Positions 1-14,800 of a DNA stretch of 64,000 bases are shown piece after piece. The translations under genes were made by a program, and so were the position numbers. Numbering within the stretch: position 1 is the stretch's first letter; every line of letters begins with the position of its first letter. Source of the stretch: Chiloscyllium plagiosum (lineage: Eukaryota); the NCBI RefSeq assembly GCF_004010195.1, contig NC_057751.1, positions 10,535,738 through 10,599,737 on the forward strand, written 5' to 3'. Below the pieces are notes generated by a model. That model worked only from the letters and a program-made list of their open reading frames with translations, made no database searches and had not been told where the DNA came from.

Positions 1-830
1 ATGTTTGGAAAGTTAAAATTCCCTACCATAACCACCCTATTATTCTTATAGATAGCTGAGATCTCCTTACAAGTTTGTTTCTCAATTTCCCTCTGATTAT
101 TGGGGGGTCTATAATACAATCCCAATAAGGTGATCATCCCTTTCTTATTTCTGAGTTCCACCCAAATAACTTCCCTGGATGTATTTCTGGGAATATCCTC
201 CCTCAGCACAGCTGTAATGTTATCCTTAATCAAAAATGCCACTCCCCCTCCTCTCTTGCCTCCCTTTCTATCCTTCCTTTTGAATTTGCATCCTGGAACA
301 TTAAGCTGCCAGTCCTGCCCATCCCTGAGCCATGTTTCCGTAATTGCTATGATATCCCAGTCCCATGTTCCTAACCATGCCCTGAGTTCATCTGCCTTCC
401 CTGTTAGGCCCTTTGCATTGAAATAAATGCAGTCTAATTTCTTAGTCCTACCTTGTCCCTGCCTGCCCTGACTGTTTGACTCACTTCTGTTCTCAACTGT
501 ACCCATCTCAGATCGATCTCTTTCCTCACTATCTTCCTGTGTCGCACCCCTCCCCACCTTCCTAGTTTAAATACTCCAGCTCTAGCAAATTTCCCTGCCA
601 GTATATTAGTCCCCTTCCAATTTAGGTGCAATCCGTCCTTCCTGTACAGGTTACTTCTACCCCAAAAGAGATTCCAATGATCCAAAAATGTGAATCCTTC
701 TCCCATACACTGGCTCCTCAGCCATGCATTCATCTGCTCTATCCTCCTATTCCTGCCCTCACTAGCTCGTAGCACTGGGAGTAATCCAGATATTAGGACC
801 TCCTTTTTAAATTTCTGCCTAACTCTCAAT
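1..830 (-). mobile_element. CR1-clade LINE fragment: end of ORF1 (SGNH esterase) and start of ORF2 AP endonuclease
   Basis: ISGLLPV...NAWLR...FLDHW...DGLHLNWKG (ORF 434-829); endonuclease motif AITETW in 1-430. Confidence 0.9.
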
Positions 831-1307
831 TACATGCAAGTGACCTGCTTTTATAGATTCACTTTACTGATGTTATACATTTTTGACATCTCCAAGCTTG
901 GCAGCGTGCCAATAAGTTGTAAAAAGGTTTAATCACTTCAACTATTGAACATTTTGACACATTGATAAGAAGTATTTTGCACATCAAAAGCAGACAATAA
1001 CTGAAGCAGGAATTAAGAATTTGTACAAGTGTGTGCCCTGAACATCACATCTCAAGATTTTTCACAATAAGAGTCTCAGGCAGAACAAAGATTGTAGGGG
1101 TAATTAAAACTCAATAGATGTCAGAGTCAGAGTTGAAGTTTAGAGAGGTGACCAAAAGCTGTGTCACAAAACAAATGTATGGGTTTCAAAGTTTCTGCAA
1201 GGAGGAGGAAAGTTTTCTTAAGGTATTAATTATGCAGATCAATCAGGGATCAAAGTCAAAGATGACATTTTTGTAAGCTAATATTTCAAAAGCAGTTTAA
1301 CTTGGAA

Positions 1308-4300
1308 AACATGGAACAGAACAGTACAGGCCCTTCGGCCCTCGAAATTGTGCTGCCCTTTTATCCTACTCTAAGATCAAACTAACCTACATACCCTCCA
1401 TTTTACTATCACCCATGTGTATATCCAAGAGTCGCTTAGAAGTCCCAAATGGATCTAACTCGACTACCACTAGTGGCAGTGCATTCCATGCACCCACCAC
1501 ACTCTGTGTAAAGAACCTACCTCTGACATCTCCCCAAAACATTCCTCCAATCAACTTAAAATAGTGCCCCCTTGTGTTAGCCATTTCTGCCCTGGGAGAA
1601 AGTCTCTGGCTATCCACTCTATCTATGCCTCTCATGATCTCATACACCTCCATCAAGTCACCTCTCGCCCTTCTTCATTCCAGTGAGAAAAGCCCTCACT
1701 CCCTCAAACTTTCTTCATAAGACATGCGCTCCAGTCCAGGCCACATTCTGGTAAATCTCCTCCGCACCCTCTCAAGTGCTTCCACATCCTTCCTATAATG
1801 AGGCAACCACAAGTGAACACAATGTTCCAAATGTGGTCTAACCAGGGCTTTATAGAGCTGCAGCATAACCTCACAGTTCTTAAACTCAATCCCCCTGCTT
1901 ATGAAAGCCAACACACCATACGCCTTCTTAACAACCCTATCAACTTGGGTGGCAACTTTGAGGAATCTACGGATGTAGACCCCAAACTCCCTCCACACTG
2001 CCAAAAATCCTGCCTTTAACCCTGTATTCTGCATTCAAATTCAACCTTCCAAAGTGAATCACTTCACACTTTTCCAGGTTGAACTCCATCTGCCACTTCT
2101 CAACCCAGCTCTGCATCCTGTCAATGTCCCATTGCAACCCACAACAGCCCTCCACACGATCCACAACTCCACCAACCTTCATGTCATCGCAAACATACTA
2201 ACCTATCGTTTCACTTCCTCATCTATGTCATTTATAAAAATCACAAAGAGCAGAAGTCCCAGAACAGATCCCTGCAGAACACCACTGGTCACCAAACTCC
2301 AGGCTGAATATTTTCCATCTACCAGCACCCTCTGTCTTCTGTGTGCCAGCCAATTCTGTATCCAGACAGCCAAATTTCCCTGTATCCCATGCCTCCTTAC
2401 TTTCTGAATGAGCCTACCATGGGAAACATTATCAAGCACCTTGCTAAAAATCCATGTACATCACATCCACTGCTCGACCTTCATCAATGTGTTTTGTCAC
2501 ATCCTCAAAGAATTCAATAAGGCTTGTGAGGCATGACCTGCCCCTCACAAAGCCATGCTGACTATCTCTAATCAAACTATGGTGTTCCAAATAATCATAA
2601 ATCCTGTGTCTCAGAATCCTCTCTAATATTTTGCCCACGACTGATATAAGACTGACCTGTCTGTAATTCCCAAGGTTATCCCTATTCCCTTTCTTGAACA
2701 AGGGAAAATAATTTGCCACCCTCCAATCATCTGGTACTACTCCAGTGGACAGTGAGGGTGCAAAGACCATCACCAAAGATGCAGGAATCTCTTCCCTTGC
2801 TTCCCTTAGTAACCTTGGGTATATCCCGTCTGGCCAAAGGGACTTAACTATTGTCACATTTTTCAAAATTTCTAACACATTCTCCTTCTTAACATCAATC
2901 TGTTCAAGCATATCAGCCTGTTTCATGCTATCCTCACAAACAACAAGGTCCCTCTCATGAGTGATTACTGAATTAAGGACCTCCCCGACCTCCTCTGACT
3001 CCATGCATAAGTTCCCTCCACTATCCCTGATTCGCCCTACCCTCACTCTGGCCATCCTCTTGTTCCTCACATAGGTGTGGAACGTCTTGGGGTTTTCCTT
3101 AATCCTACCCGCAAAGGCTTTTTCAAGCCCCCTTTCAGTTCTCCTAAGTCGATTCTTCAGTTCCTTCCAGGCTACATTGTGACCCTGTAGAGCCCTACCT
3201 GATCCTTGCTTCCTCAACATTAAGTAAGCTTCCTTCTTCCTCTTGACTCAATGTTCCACATCTCTTGTTATCCAAGTTACCTTCACCCTACCATCCCTTA
3301 CTTGCCTCAGTGGGACAAACTGATCCAGCACTCACAGCAAGTGCTCCCTAAACAACCCCCGCACGTCTGTCGTGCATTTCCCTGAGAATATCTACTCCCA
3401 ATATATGCTCCACGGTTCCTGCATTCCCCCTCCCCCAATGAAATACTTTCCCATACCATCTGTTCCTATCCCTCTCTATAACTATAATGAAGGTCAGGGA
3501 GTTGTGATCACTATCACCAAAATCTCCCACTGAGAGATCGGACACATTGCCAAGCACCAAATCCAATATGGCCTCCCCTTTTCATCAGCCTATCTACATG
3601 TTGAGTCAGGAACCCTTCCTGAACACAACTGACAAAAACTGCTGCACTCAAACTGTTGGATTAAGAAGGTTCCGACCAATATTAGGGAAATTAAGGTCAT
3701 AGCGAGTTTTGAGAAGATTTGTAGCTCAGGTTGAAGTTCTGGAAGTAGTTTTGCTCGCTGAGCTGGAAGGTTCATTTTCAGATGTTTCATCACCCTACTA
3801 GGTAACATCTTCAATGGGCCTCAGGCGAAGCACTGTACATGATTCCTGCTTTGTATTTATATGTTTGGGTTTCTTTGGGTTAGTGTTGTCATTTCCTGTG
3901 GTGATGTCAAGTCCTGTGGTGATGTCATTTCCTGTTCTTTTTCTCAGCGGTTAGTACATGGGGTTAAACTCGATGTGTTTGTTGGTAGAATTCTGGTTGG
4001 AATGCCATGCTTCTTGGAATTCTCTGCATGTCTCTGTTTAACTTGTCCTAGGATGGGACTGCATGTCTCTGTTTGGCTTTGTCCCAGTCAAAGTGGGACT
4101 GTAAGTAAGGATACAAGTGAGAGAGGGTCATGTCGTTTTGTGGCTAATTGGTGTTCATGTATCCTGGTGGCTAGTATTCTGCCTGTTTGTCCAATGTCTT
4201 ATTTGTTACAGTTCTTGCATGGTATTTTGTAAATGACATTTGTTTTGTTTGGTGTCTGTATAGGGTCTTTCAAGTTCATTAGTTGCTGTTTTAACGTGTT

Positions 4301-5685
4301 GGTGGGCTTGTGGGCTATTATGATACATGAACATGAACACCAATTAGCCACAAAAAGACATGACCCTCTCTCACACGTATCACTAGAAAAGGAAGGACAC
4401 CACTTCAACTGGGACAACACATCCATCTTAGGACAAGCCAAACAGAGACACACACGAGAATTCCTAGAAGCATGGCATTCTAACTGGAATTCTATCAATG
4501 AACACATCATTAGACCCCATCTACCACCCCCTGAGAAAAAGAACAGGAAATGACATCACCACGGGATGATATCACCACGGGAAATGACATCACCAACCCA
4601 AAGAAACCCAAACATATAAATAGAAAGCAGGAATCATGCACAGTGCTTCGCCTGAGGCCCACTGAAGTCTTACCTAATAGGGTGACGAAACGTCTGGAAA
4701 TGAACCTTCGAGCTCAGCCAGCAAACCTACATCCAGATGTTAACGTCACCCACAACAACAACCCTGTCACTTCTGCACCTTTCCAAAATCTGCCTCCCAA
4801 TCTGCTCCCCCGTGTCTCTGTTGGTACTGGGGGTGTATAGAAAGCTCCCAATAAAGTGACTGCTGTTTTCCTGTTTCTGACTTCCACCCATACTGACTCA
4901 GTAGATAAACACTCCTCGATGACCTCCCTTTCTTCTGCTGTGATCCTATCCCTGATTAGCAATGCCACTCCCCACCTCTTATCTCCCTTCCCATTTCATT
5001 TCAAACATTTGAACCCCAGAACATCCAACAACCTTTCCTGCCCCTGTGATATCCAAGTCTCCGTAATGGCCACAGCATCATAGCTCCAAGTACTGATCCA
5101 TGCTCTGAGTTTGTCACCCTTATTCCTGATACTTCTTGCGTTAAAATAGACACACTTCAACCTATCACACGGACTGCAACTTTGCCTTATCAACTATCTG
5201 TCCCTCCTGACAGATGCCCTGCATGCTGTATCTGCCTGTTCACTAGCTACCCCATCCTCTGATCTGCAGCTCGAGTTCCAATCCCCCTGCTCAGAGCTCG
5301 AGCAAACCTCCCACCCAGAATATTGGTACCCCTCCAGTTCAGGTACAACCCATCCTTCTTGTACAGGTCCTATCTTCCGCAGAAGGTATCCCAATAATCC
5401 ACATATCTGAAACCCTCCCTCCTACACCAGCCCTGCAGCCATGTGTTCATCAGCACTTGCTGTCTACTCCTAGCCTCACTTGCCCGTGGCACTGGTAGCA
5501 ATCCTGAGATTACAACTTTGCTTGTCCACCTTTTAGCTGCCAACTTGACTCCCTATATTCACTTTTCAGGTCCTCATCCCTTTTCCTAGCTATGTCATTG
5601 GTACCGATGTGTACCACGACTTCTGGCTGCTCACCCACCCCCTTAAGAATCCTGTAGGCTTGATCCAAGACATCCCTGACCCTGG
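1308..5685 (-). mobile_element. Long decayed CR1 (HER1-like) LINE: ORF1 end, EN, RT, 3' tail; interrupted by a Penelope-like element
   Basis: ORF fragments YFNARSIRNK..AITETW, PLFKKG..NYRQVSL, SQHGF..GRSCLT, QGSVLG..F.IFIND, WQMEFN..KC, RGRFFTQ.VV..WN.LP; many frameshifts. Confidence 0.93.
3700..4738. mobile_element. Penelope-like element, tail-out inverted structure with GIY-YIG fragment
   Basis: Minus arm encodes AHKPTNTLKQQL..NVIYKIPCKNCNK; plus arm encodes [27 protein letters not shown]. Arms ~3745-4065 and ~4420-4738 are reverse complements. TSD-like attaaggtca (3690-3699) / gttaacgtca (4739-4748). Confidence 0.9.
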
Positions 5686-5750
5686 CATCTTGTTACTGAT
5701 AATAATATCCCTTCACAAATTCTGCTCAGTGAAGATGACTTTTCACTTAC

Positions 5751-5816
5751 CAATCCGTGCCAGTGATCCCAGCCTAAGGGGACATGGGCTGTTCCACCAA
5801 CGGTAGCATGACCATA
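5751..5816 (-). CDS. GNS: GNS-like coding exon 4
   Basis: Not in ORF track. Acceptor tttgttttttgacag; [22 protein letters not shown]; donor GTAAGT. Confidence 0.92.
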
Positions 5817-8800
5817 CTGTCAAAAAACAAACAAACATTACCAATGTCAGGCTGCATTTTTTGATCAATGATAACTCCTGTATCTTCAAATTAATAATTG
5901 CTCAATTACAGAAATATAATTTCTGCAGTAGAAGAATTTTTCCTGCTTCTATAGGAATGTTCAGCCTGACAGCACTTTTATTTAAAGGCTTGAATGCAGA
6001 AATTGCTTGATTGTATAGCAATATGATGTTTTGCAGTCAAGGTGGGAGAATGCCAGAGAATAAAGAAATTAGACCACTGCCAAAACAGCCCCACCCTCAT
6101 TCATTCCCACAAAGTTATTCCTCGGCCAGTGGTGTCAATGTGTGTATCAGATGAAAGCTTGGATACTATGGTGAACATATCTTACTCATGGTGGCATCAA
6201 ATCCATGACTCCCTGCCCAGTAGTATTTTGGGGAGGTGCTGGCATATTGAAAATGTCACTGAACGAGTCATCTAGAATTGCCAACGAATGTTCTGGAGAC
6301 ATGCGTTAGAATCGCAGCTGGTGAAATATGAATTTAATTTTAACGTATACTGAAATTAAAAGCTCGCCTTAGAATTATTGTTAGCCATTATCGATCATCA
6401 CAAATACCCCTCGAGTTCATTAATGTCCTTCAGGGAAGGAAATCCACCATCCTTACTGAATGGGCTGAAATGTGACTCCAGAGTCACAGCAATGTGGCTG
6501 ACTCTTAACTGCCCTTGAGGCAAGTAGGAATGGGAAATAAATGCTGGCCAGCCAGCAATGACCATAGCCCATGAAGGAATTTGAAAAACTCAACTGACAG
6601 TCAGTTGATGTTTTCAGTATGGCCAGAATGGAAATATTGAAGATTGAGATGGCAGATGTGGATAAGTGTGAGGTCATGCATTTTGGTTAAAACAAAATGG
6701 GAATGCAACCTAATAACTAAACGGGGAGAGACTCTGGGGTGCTCCGGTGCAGAGAGATCTGGGTGTCCTCGTTCATCAGTCACAGAAAACTAGGATACAG
6801 GTACAGCAGATAATGAAGAAAGCAGATGGAATGTTGGCTTTTATAGCTAAAGGAATAGAATATAAAGGTAAGGAAGTATTGTTGCAACTTTACTAAGTAT
6901 TGGTGAGACCGCACCTGGAGTATCGTGCACAGTTTTGGTGTTTTTATTTGTGGCATTGGAGGCAGTTCACAGGAGGTTTACTAGAGTGATTCCAGAGATG
7001 AGGGGCTTGTCGTATGAAGAGAGATTGAACAGTTTAGGCCTATACTGTTTGGAATTGAAGATCAAATTGAGATAGAAAAGGTATGGATAGACATGGAGTG
7101 GATGCTTGCTCTTGTGCTGCATTCTCAGACAAGAGGTCTAGTCTTCGGATAAGGGATCGCAAATTTAGATAGAGTTGCAGAAAAACTACTTTTTTCAAAG
7201 GGTTGTGAATCTGTGGAATTTGCTACCATCAAGTGCGGCGAATGCTGGGACAGTGAGTAAATTTGAGGAGGAGGTAGACAGATTTTTAATTTTCAATGGG
7301 TTCAAGGGATATGGGAGAAGGCAGGAAAATGGAGATGAGAAACCTATCAGTCGTGATCGAGAAGACTCGATGGGCTGAACGGCCTAATTTTGCTCCTAAA
7401 GCTTATGAACTTATATCAAATTAGTTAAAGAGCCAATTATTCAAGATTTTGTTTTTGAAAAAAAAGAATTAACAATCTTCAGAGTCCTGGACAGAGGAAA
7501 GTCAGTTCAATTGCCTTTTCACTCCCACCTTCTTCTGTAAAGGAAAAAGTGGAGAGTTTAAAAGTTTTTAAAGTTTAAATTTAAAGGTTTCAAGTTTAAA
7601 TTTCAAATTACTTTTTAAAACAGCAATCCAACTGAGGAATAATTACGTTATCCGAGAAGGACAGTCTTTGAAATCAATCGTTTCTGAATAAAATGAAAAG
7701 TGTGGCATCACATTGCTCTCGTGTTCTCTATCTTGAAGATCAAAAGTAGTGTTGGTCAGGCAGACCACCTTGAGTGAGGTGACGAGATATCCAGAATGTT
7801 AATAAAGAGATGAAGCCACCTTGGTCAAACATGTCAACAGACAAACTTAAGACAAAGTGCAGACAGTTATGTAGGGATGTGTAAACAACTCTTGCCCAGG
7901 GAGATACAAAATGCAGGAACTCACCTCACCCACTTGTGTACACATTGTGAATTGCTGTGATAATGGAACCAACATTTGAAATGTTTGGTTTCCCATCCAC
8001 TTCATGACAAATATTTGCACCATTGATCTGCTCAGTCTTTTTCAGCAACGACCTTAGTTTACAGACCTCTTATCTCTCTCAGTGCACTCAATATGTTGAA
8101 AATTGAATCAGTAAAATCTCTTTGATGTAAATGTCTTTTAAGACAAATGGGCTGAAGGATTGAACTGGATACCTTGCAAAGCACTGCACCAATTTCCTAA
8201 AAGTACTCCATAGTTGGTTATAGATCATTGCGTTTGGGCCATGCTGTCTATATTAATCGCACTTCCCAATGCCTGACCCACAGTCTTGAATATTATGACC
8301 TTTCAAATGCTCATCCATATACTTTTTACACATTGCGATATTTCTCTTTCAGGTGGTGCATTCCACTATATACTTGATTTGGATTCAGTTTTTTGTGAAT
8401 CTGCTAACTTGGTCAACTGAAAGAGCTGACCATTCTTGAGATAAGATTACACAGATGCCTCACCAGTTTCAAAGTGAACTGACATAGGTGATGGCAGAAA
8501 GCTACTCAACTACACTGGAGATTGATTTGGCTCAGTCATCCAAGTCCAATCTCCCTCTTAACCAAGATTCAGTCAAGTGTAATTTCAATACTGTTTGCTC
8601 GATACGGTGTAAACCATTTCAACTTTTCCTGTCAGGTTTTGAGACATAGAAATTAAGAGAAAAAATAGGCTAAGGGAGGGTCAGGTCTGGTAGCTTAATG
8701 TGCCAGGGTACAGGTGCCTTAGGTGGGACAGAGGTGGTGGAAAGAGGGGATGGGGAAGTTGTATTTCTGATGAAGGCAAGTATCACAGCAGTTGTCAGAG

Positions 8801-11800
8801 ATGAAATAATTGAAGGATCATCCAGTCAGGCTTTGTGGGTGGAGCTAAGAAATAAGGAGATGTTGACATTATTGGGGTTATACTATAGACCCTCAAATAA
8901 TTATCGGGAATTAGAGAACAAATATGCAGAGAGAGATTGGGGAGACTTACAGGAGTAACACGGTTGTCATTGTAGGGGATTTTAATTTTTCTAACAGATT
9001 GGGACTGCCAGAGCATAAAGGGCTTAGATGTGGTGGAATTTGTTAAGTGCGTTTAGGAAAGTTTCCTCAAGCAGTACACAGAGAGTCCTACTTGGGAATG
9101 GGAAAAGCTCGACTTACTCTTGGGAAACTGGGCAGGACAGGTGACTGAGGTGATAGTGGAGTCGAATTTTGGGACTATTAATTATAAAATAGTTATGGAG
9201 AGGGACAAAACAGGTCCACAGGTTCAAGTTCTAAATTGGGACAAGACGGATTTTGATGGAATTACACAGGAGCTTGCACTGGTTGATTGGAGTAGTTTAT
9301 TTGCAGACAAAGAACCCTCTGGCAAGTGGGAGGCCTTTAAAAGTGAGATAGCTAGAGTTCAAGATCTGTATGTTCCTGTGAGGGTGAAGGGCAAGGTTGG
9401 CAGAAATAGGGAACCTGGGATGTCAAGGGATATTGAGGATTTGACCAGAAAAAGAGGAGGAATGGCTCAGGTACAGGCAGCTGGGATCAAGGGAATCCCT
9501 GGAGGTACACAGGGAATACAAAAGTTTACTGAAGGAAATCAGGAAAGTGAAATGGGAGCACGAGATAGCCTTGGTTGAGAAGATTAGGGTGAATCCAAAG
9601 AGGTTCTTTCAGTATATTAAAGGAAAAGAAATAATGAGAGAGATAATAGGGCCCCTCAAGGACTAAAGTGGATGTGTATGTGCGGAACTGCAGGAGATGG
9701 GTGAGATTCTCAATGAATCTTTCTCCTCTGTGTTTACCGTAGAGAAAGATCTGATGACTTGGTAACTTGGGGAAGTTAGTGGCGATATCATGGGGACAGT
9801 CCATATCACAGTGGTGGAGGTGTGGGATGCATTAGAATGTATGGAGGTGGATAAATCTGCTGGTCCTGACCAGATGTATCCAAGAACACTCCAAAGGCTA
9901 GAGAAGAAATTGCATAGGCCCCGGTTGATATTTTTGAATCATTGTTAGCCACAGTGAGGTCCCAGAATATTGGAGGGTAGTGAATATTGTGCCATTATTA
10001 GAGAAGGGCTGCAAAGAAAAGGCTAGGAACTAAACACCAGTAAGTCTAATATCTATGGTCGATAAGTTACTTGAGAAGGTTCTGAGGAATACGATATACA
10101 TGCATTTGGAAAGACAGGGCTTGATTAGGAGCAGTCAGCATTGCTTTGTTAGTGGCAGATCATGCCTCACAAATTTGTTAAGAGTTTTTTGATGAAGTGA
10201 CCAGGAAGGCTGATGAGGGCAGGGTGGCAGACGTAGTCTATATGGATTTCACCAAAGCCTTTGAAAAGGTTCCATGTGGTAGGTTGCTCTGGAAGGTTAG
10301 ATCGCATGGAATCTAGGGTGAGCTGGCAAATTGGATATACAATTGGCTTGATGGTAGGAAGCAGAGGGTAATAGTGGAAGGATGCTTGTTGGACTGGAGG
10401 CCTGTGACTAGAGGAGTACCTCAGTGGTCAGTGCTGAGCCCATTGCTGTTTGTTACCTCTATCAATGATTTGGATGAGAATGTACAGGCATGATTAATAA
10501 GTTTGATGATGACACGAAAATAGGTGGTATCATGGACAGCGAGGAAGGTGATCAGAAATTGCAGCAGTACCTTGATCAGCTGGGCAAGTGGGCCGAGAAA
10601 TGGCAAATGGAGTTTGATATAGATAAGTGTAAAGTCTTATGTTTTGGAAATTCAAATCAAGGCAGGAGTTTCGGTGAATGGTAAGGCCTTAAGAATTGTA
10701 GTGGAACAGAGGGACCTTGGAGTTCTCGGAAAGTGGAGTCACAGATAGACAGGGCAGTGAAGGAGGCTTTTGGCACACTGGCCTTCATCAGTCAGGACAC
10801 CGAGTAGAGAAGTTCCAAAGTTATGTTGCAGTTGAACATGACATTGGTGAGGCCGCACGTGGAGTACTATGTACAGTTTTAGTCACCTTGCTATAGGAAG
10901 GATGTTACTAAACTGTTAAATTGTGGGGACATCACGTCAGCTGGGTTTTCAAATATTCCAAATTCTGTTCCTTTTGCTTGCCTTTCATTCATAAATTTGG
11001 TTTTAAATGAAGCCAAGTGGTTTCACAAGGTGCATCACTCCTGGAATATCCACCTCACATCTGCCTAAAACAACTAATTAACGTCTGCGCTACCTTCTTG
11101 AAATATTTTGGGGCATGTAGCCTGGCCCATAGCACAACATGTTGAGGAAGTTGACAATGGGATTGTTTCCCCAAGCTCAGAAATCTAGAACACAGAGTCT
11201 CGTGATAATTGGATTTTTTTTTCTCATGAAATTGCAGGGCCCCTTGCAGAAATATGTGTATCATCCATAAATACGGATGCGTGCTTAATGGCTAATGTTG
11301 TGCCTTTGTTTAAGAAGTAATCTAAGGAGAAGCCTGGGAACTATAGACCGGTAAATCTGACTTCAGTGGTGTGTAAATTGTTGGAAGTGATTCTGAAAGA
11401 TGGGATTTATGTGCAGTTGGAGAGGCGAAGAATGATTCGGGACATTCAGCATGGTTTTGTGCGAGGGAAATAGCGTCTGTCAAGCTTGGTTGAGTTTGTT
11501 TGAGGAATTAACCAAGAAGATTGACTAGGGCAGAGTAGTATACATTGTTTACTTAGATGTTAGTAAAGCCTTTGACAAAGTTCCGCATGGTAGACTAATC
11601 AGTAAAGTTAGATCACATGGACTGCAGGGTGAGCTTGCCAGTTGGATACAAAATTGGCTTAATGGCAAGTGAGAGAGTGTGATGGTGGAGGTTTGTTTTT
11701 TGTACTGGAGGCCTGTGTTCCACAGGGATTGGTGCTGGGTCCAATTGTGTTTGTCATTTATATAAATGATTTAGATGAGAATATTAAAAATATGGTTAAT

Positions 11801-14800
11801 AAGTTTGTGGATGACATCAAGATTGGTGGGATAGTTGACAGCGAAGAAGGTTATCTCAGATTACAAAGAAATCTTGAGCAACTGGGTCAATGCACTAAAC
11901 AATGGTGAATGGAATTTAATTTGGATAAATGTGAGGTATTGAATTTTGGTGAAACAAAAGACACAACTTCTACAATTAAAAGTAGGGCCTTGGGCAGTGT
12001 TGTACAACAGATAGACTTCAGGGTCCAGGTACATTATTCTTTGAAGTTGTTTCATATGCTTGCCTTCATTGATCAGACCTTTGAATATTGGAGTTGGGAT
12101 GTTGTGTTGAGATTGTCAGGACATTGGTGACTCTTCTGGAGTAGCATGCAGTTCTGGTCTCCCTGTTAGAGAAAGGATATTATTAAACTGGACAGGGCTC
12201 AGAAAAGATTTACCAGGGTGTTGCCAGGAATGGAGGTTTTGAGTTAAAATGAGAAGCTGGATAGGCTGGGACCTCTTTCACTGGAGGTATGAGGTAGAGG
12301 GGTGACCTCAGAGGTTTATAAAATAATTATGGGAATAGAAAAGGTGAATAACATGTATCTTTTCCCTCAGGTGGGGATTTCAAGACGAAAGGGCATATTT
12401 TTAAGGTGAGAGGAGAAAGATTCAAAAAAGACATGGGGCAATTTCCATGTTGTGGAATGGTCTTCCAGAGGAAGTGCTGGATGTGGGTATAATTACATTG
12501 TTTAAAAGACATTTAGGTAAGTACATGAATAAGAATTGTTTGGAGGGATATGGGCCAAGCGCAAGCAGATGGGACTCGTTTCATTTGGCATGGAGTGGTT
12601 GGATTCAAGGGTTAGTTTCTGTTCTGTATAACTCTATAAGGGGGCAATCAATGTAACACTGGGCAAAGGAGAATTTTCTTCACCTGAAGTCATGCATTTT
12701 TGTGAAGTTCTGTCCCAGAGGCCAGGGAATACACCGTTGTGGACAACAATTAAAGCAGAGAAATCTTTGGTTACTGTGGAATCCAAGGATAATGAAATGG
12801 GCATCGAAATGGTTTGAGTGCAAGATCGGCTGTGATTGGATTTAACAGAGGGCTCGGCATTAAGGGCAGAATGGTCCACTTCAGCTCCTGATTCTTACGT
12901 TCTTCGAATCAGAACATGAAACATACAAATTAGTTTTAACCGCATTACCTTATTGAGGTATTTTCCTGCAAAGAAGGTCTGGTATCCATGCTTCTTTAAA
13001 TAGACAGAGAAGACCTGTGGCTCCATAACCTTCTGCCACTGCACACTGCTGCAGTTTCCATTGAGAGAGTTGTTGCGCACCAGGTGATTGTGTGGATACT
13101 TTCCTGTCAAGATGGCACTGCGACTTGGACAGCACAGTGGGGTGACCACAAACTGCAAGGAAAGCAACCACGCAACAGCATCAGAAGGAGCCCGAACCAA
13201 AGGCATTCATATCCAGGACAATTTACTGCCTTTGACAGTTTGAGGACCAAGAATACCTTTCTGATCAGCAGGCTGAGCAAGCCACTCGTTTGGACCAAGC
13301 TGCTCTAAGGTCTAATGAAATCATTTACCATCTTACATCAACTTCAGAAAGGGCATCAGATCAAAAATGAGCAAGTAAATGTTTGAGAATTCCCACCAAC
13401 CACCCTTACACAACTGATGAATCTGTGCTTCTACTTGTCCAACACCAGTGGATAGATCACAGTCGGTAGCAAGGATACAGAATGTCATCTGGGTGAAAAA
13501 CTTCCATCTCCATCACCAGGACTAACTCAGAAGCATCACGAATAACCAACAAGAGCAAAATACCTACTCAACCTCATCCTCGCCAGTCAACTTCTCTCAG
13601 AAGAATCTGTCGAGGTCACTGACTCAAACACACAGTTCCTATGGATATCAGGTCTCATCATTTCATTCATACTGTCAATCACGTAGGGTGACAATACAAC
13701 TGGACTGAAAAAGGGGTAGCTTTTGAACACTTCCATCCAGCAATGAAAAGCTGGGTATCCATGAAATGCTATCAGTTATCAGAAGCACCAAAATTGTATT
13801 CAACCAATCTGTAACTTCAAAATCCAGCATTTTCCCACTTTTAGATTACCATCAATTTGGGGATCAACACTGGATCCACAACGAGTACAGAAGATGTGCA
13901 CAAAGTTGAGCAAATGGTTGGTGCACATTGAGCAAAGTTTATGATGGGACATCCTGGACTGAGAAAAGAAAGTAACGGTGAGAAACTAATTCAGTAAAAG
14001 ACCAGTAACGAGGTGCGCTGCAAGAATGAGCTTACTTACTGCATTCGTGAATGTAACCCCTGCATTTCCAATTAAGGCCTGAGTCTTCTTCATAGGAGTC
14101 TGAAAACAGCAGGATATATCATAGTAAACAATGCTGTGCGGTCTGTAAAATAATCTTAATGTCAAATTGTAAACTTGAAACTTCTGACTAACATTTGAGA
14201 ATTCCTGCAAGAGATAATTCATATGCAATAAAGATGGCAGGTACTTGCATTGCCTTTCATAACATTTCTATGCAACTAATAACTGAACAACATTAATCAG
14301 GCCTTGTTTGTGGAAAAATGAGTTGGGTCCTGTCCCTTCCAAAAGCACTTTGGTGAGACGGAATTTCAGTTGACAAGTCTATGACTGCCGTGGGACCAAG
14401 TCCCTCGATCAGTTATGATTCATCCAAGCGCTGCCGCTGTGAGGCAGCAGTGCTAACCACTGTCCCACCGTGCCATCCATAGCCGCCCATAGATCTGAAG
14501 TTCCAAGTCTTTGGCTTGTTCATGCTGCTACCTACATGAAGCTCCCAAAGGAAAATTTCACGTCTGCTGATGCACAACTCTTTCAACATACAGCAGCAAC
14601 CAGCAGCATACAAGCACTGTCACCGGACTAGAATGATTTGGCAACATGGGTTTGAATCTGAGAAATGTGAATTTAGTTAATAGATCTGGAGTTAAAAGCA
14701 TGTCCTAATGCCAATTAGGAATCCTGGTTAACATTCCAATTTGGATGGTAAGTGGCGTAGTGGTTAGCACGGCAGTCTTACAGCACCAGTCACCAGAGTT

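Noticed and set aside
830-1305. Search for GNS-like exon 5 (NSxYYNYTLS)
   Set aside because: No matching peptide was found in this non-repeat stretch; the exon probably lies left of the window.
3885-3935. Short direct repeats resembling a CRISPR-like array
   Set aside because: Three tandem ~18-bp units without unique spacers, inside a Penelope element in a vertebrate genome.
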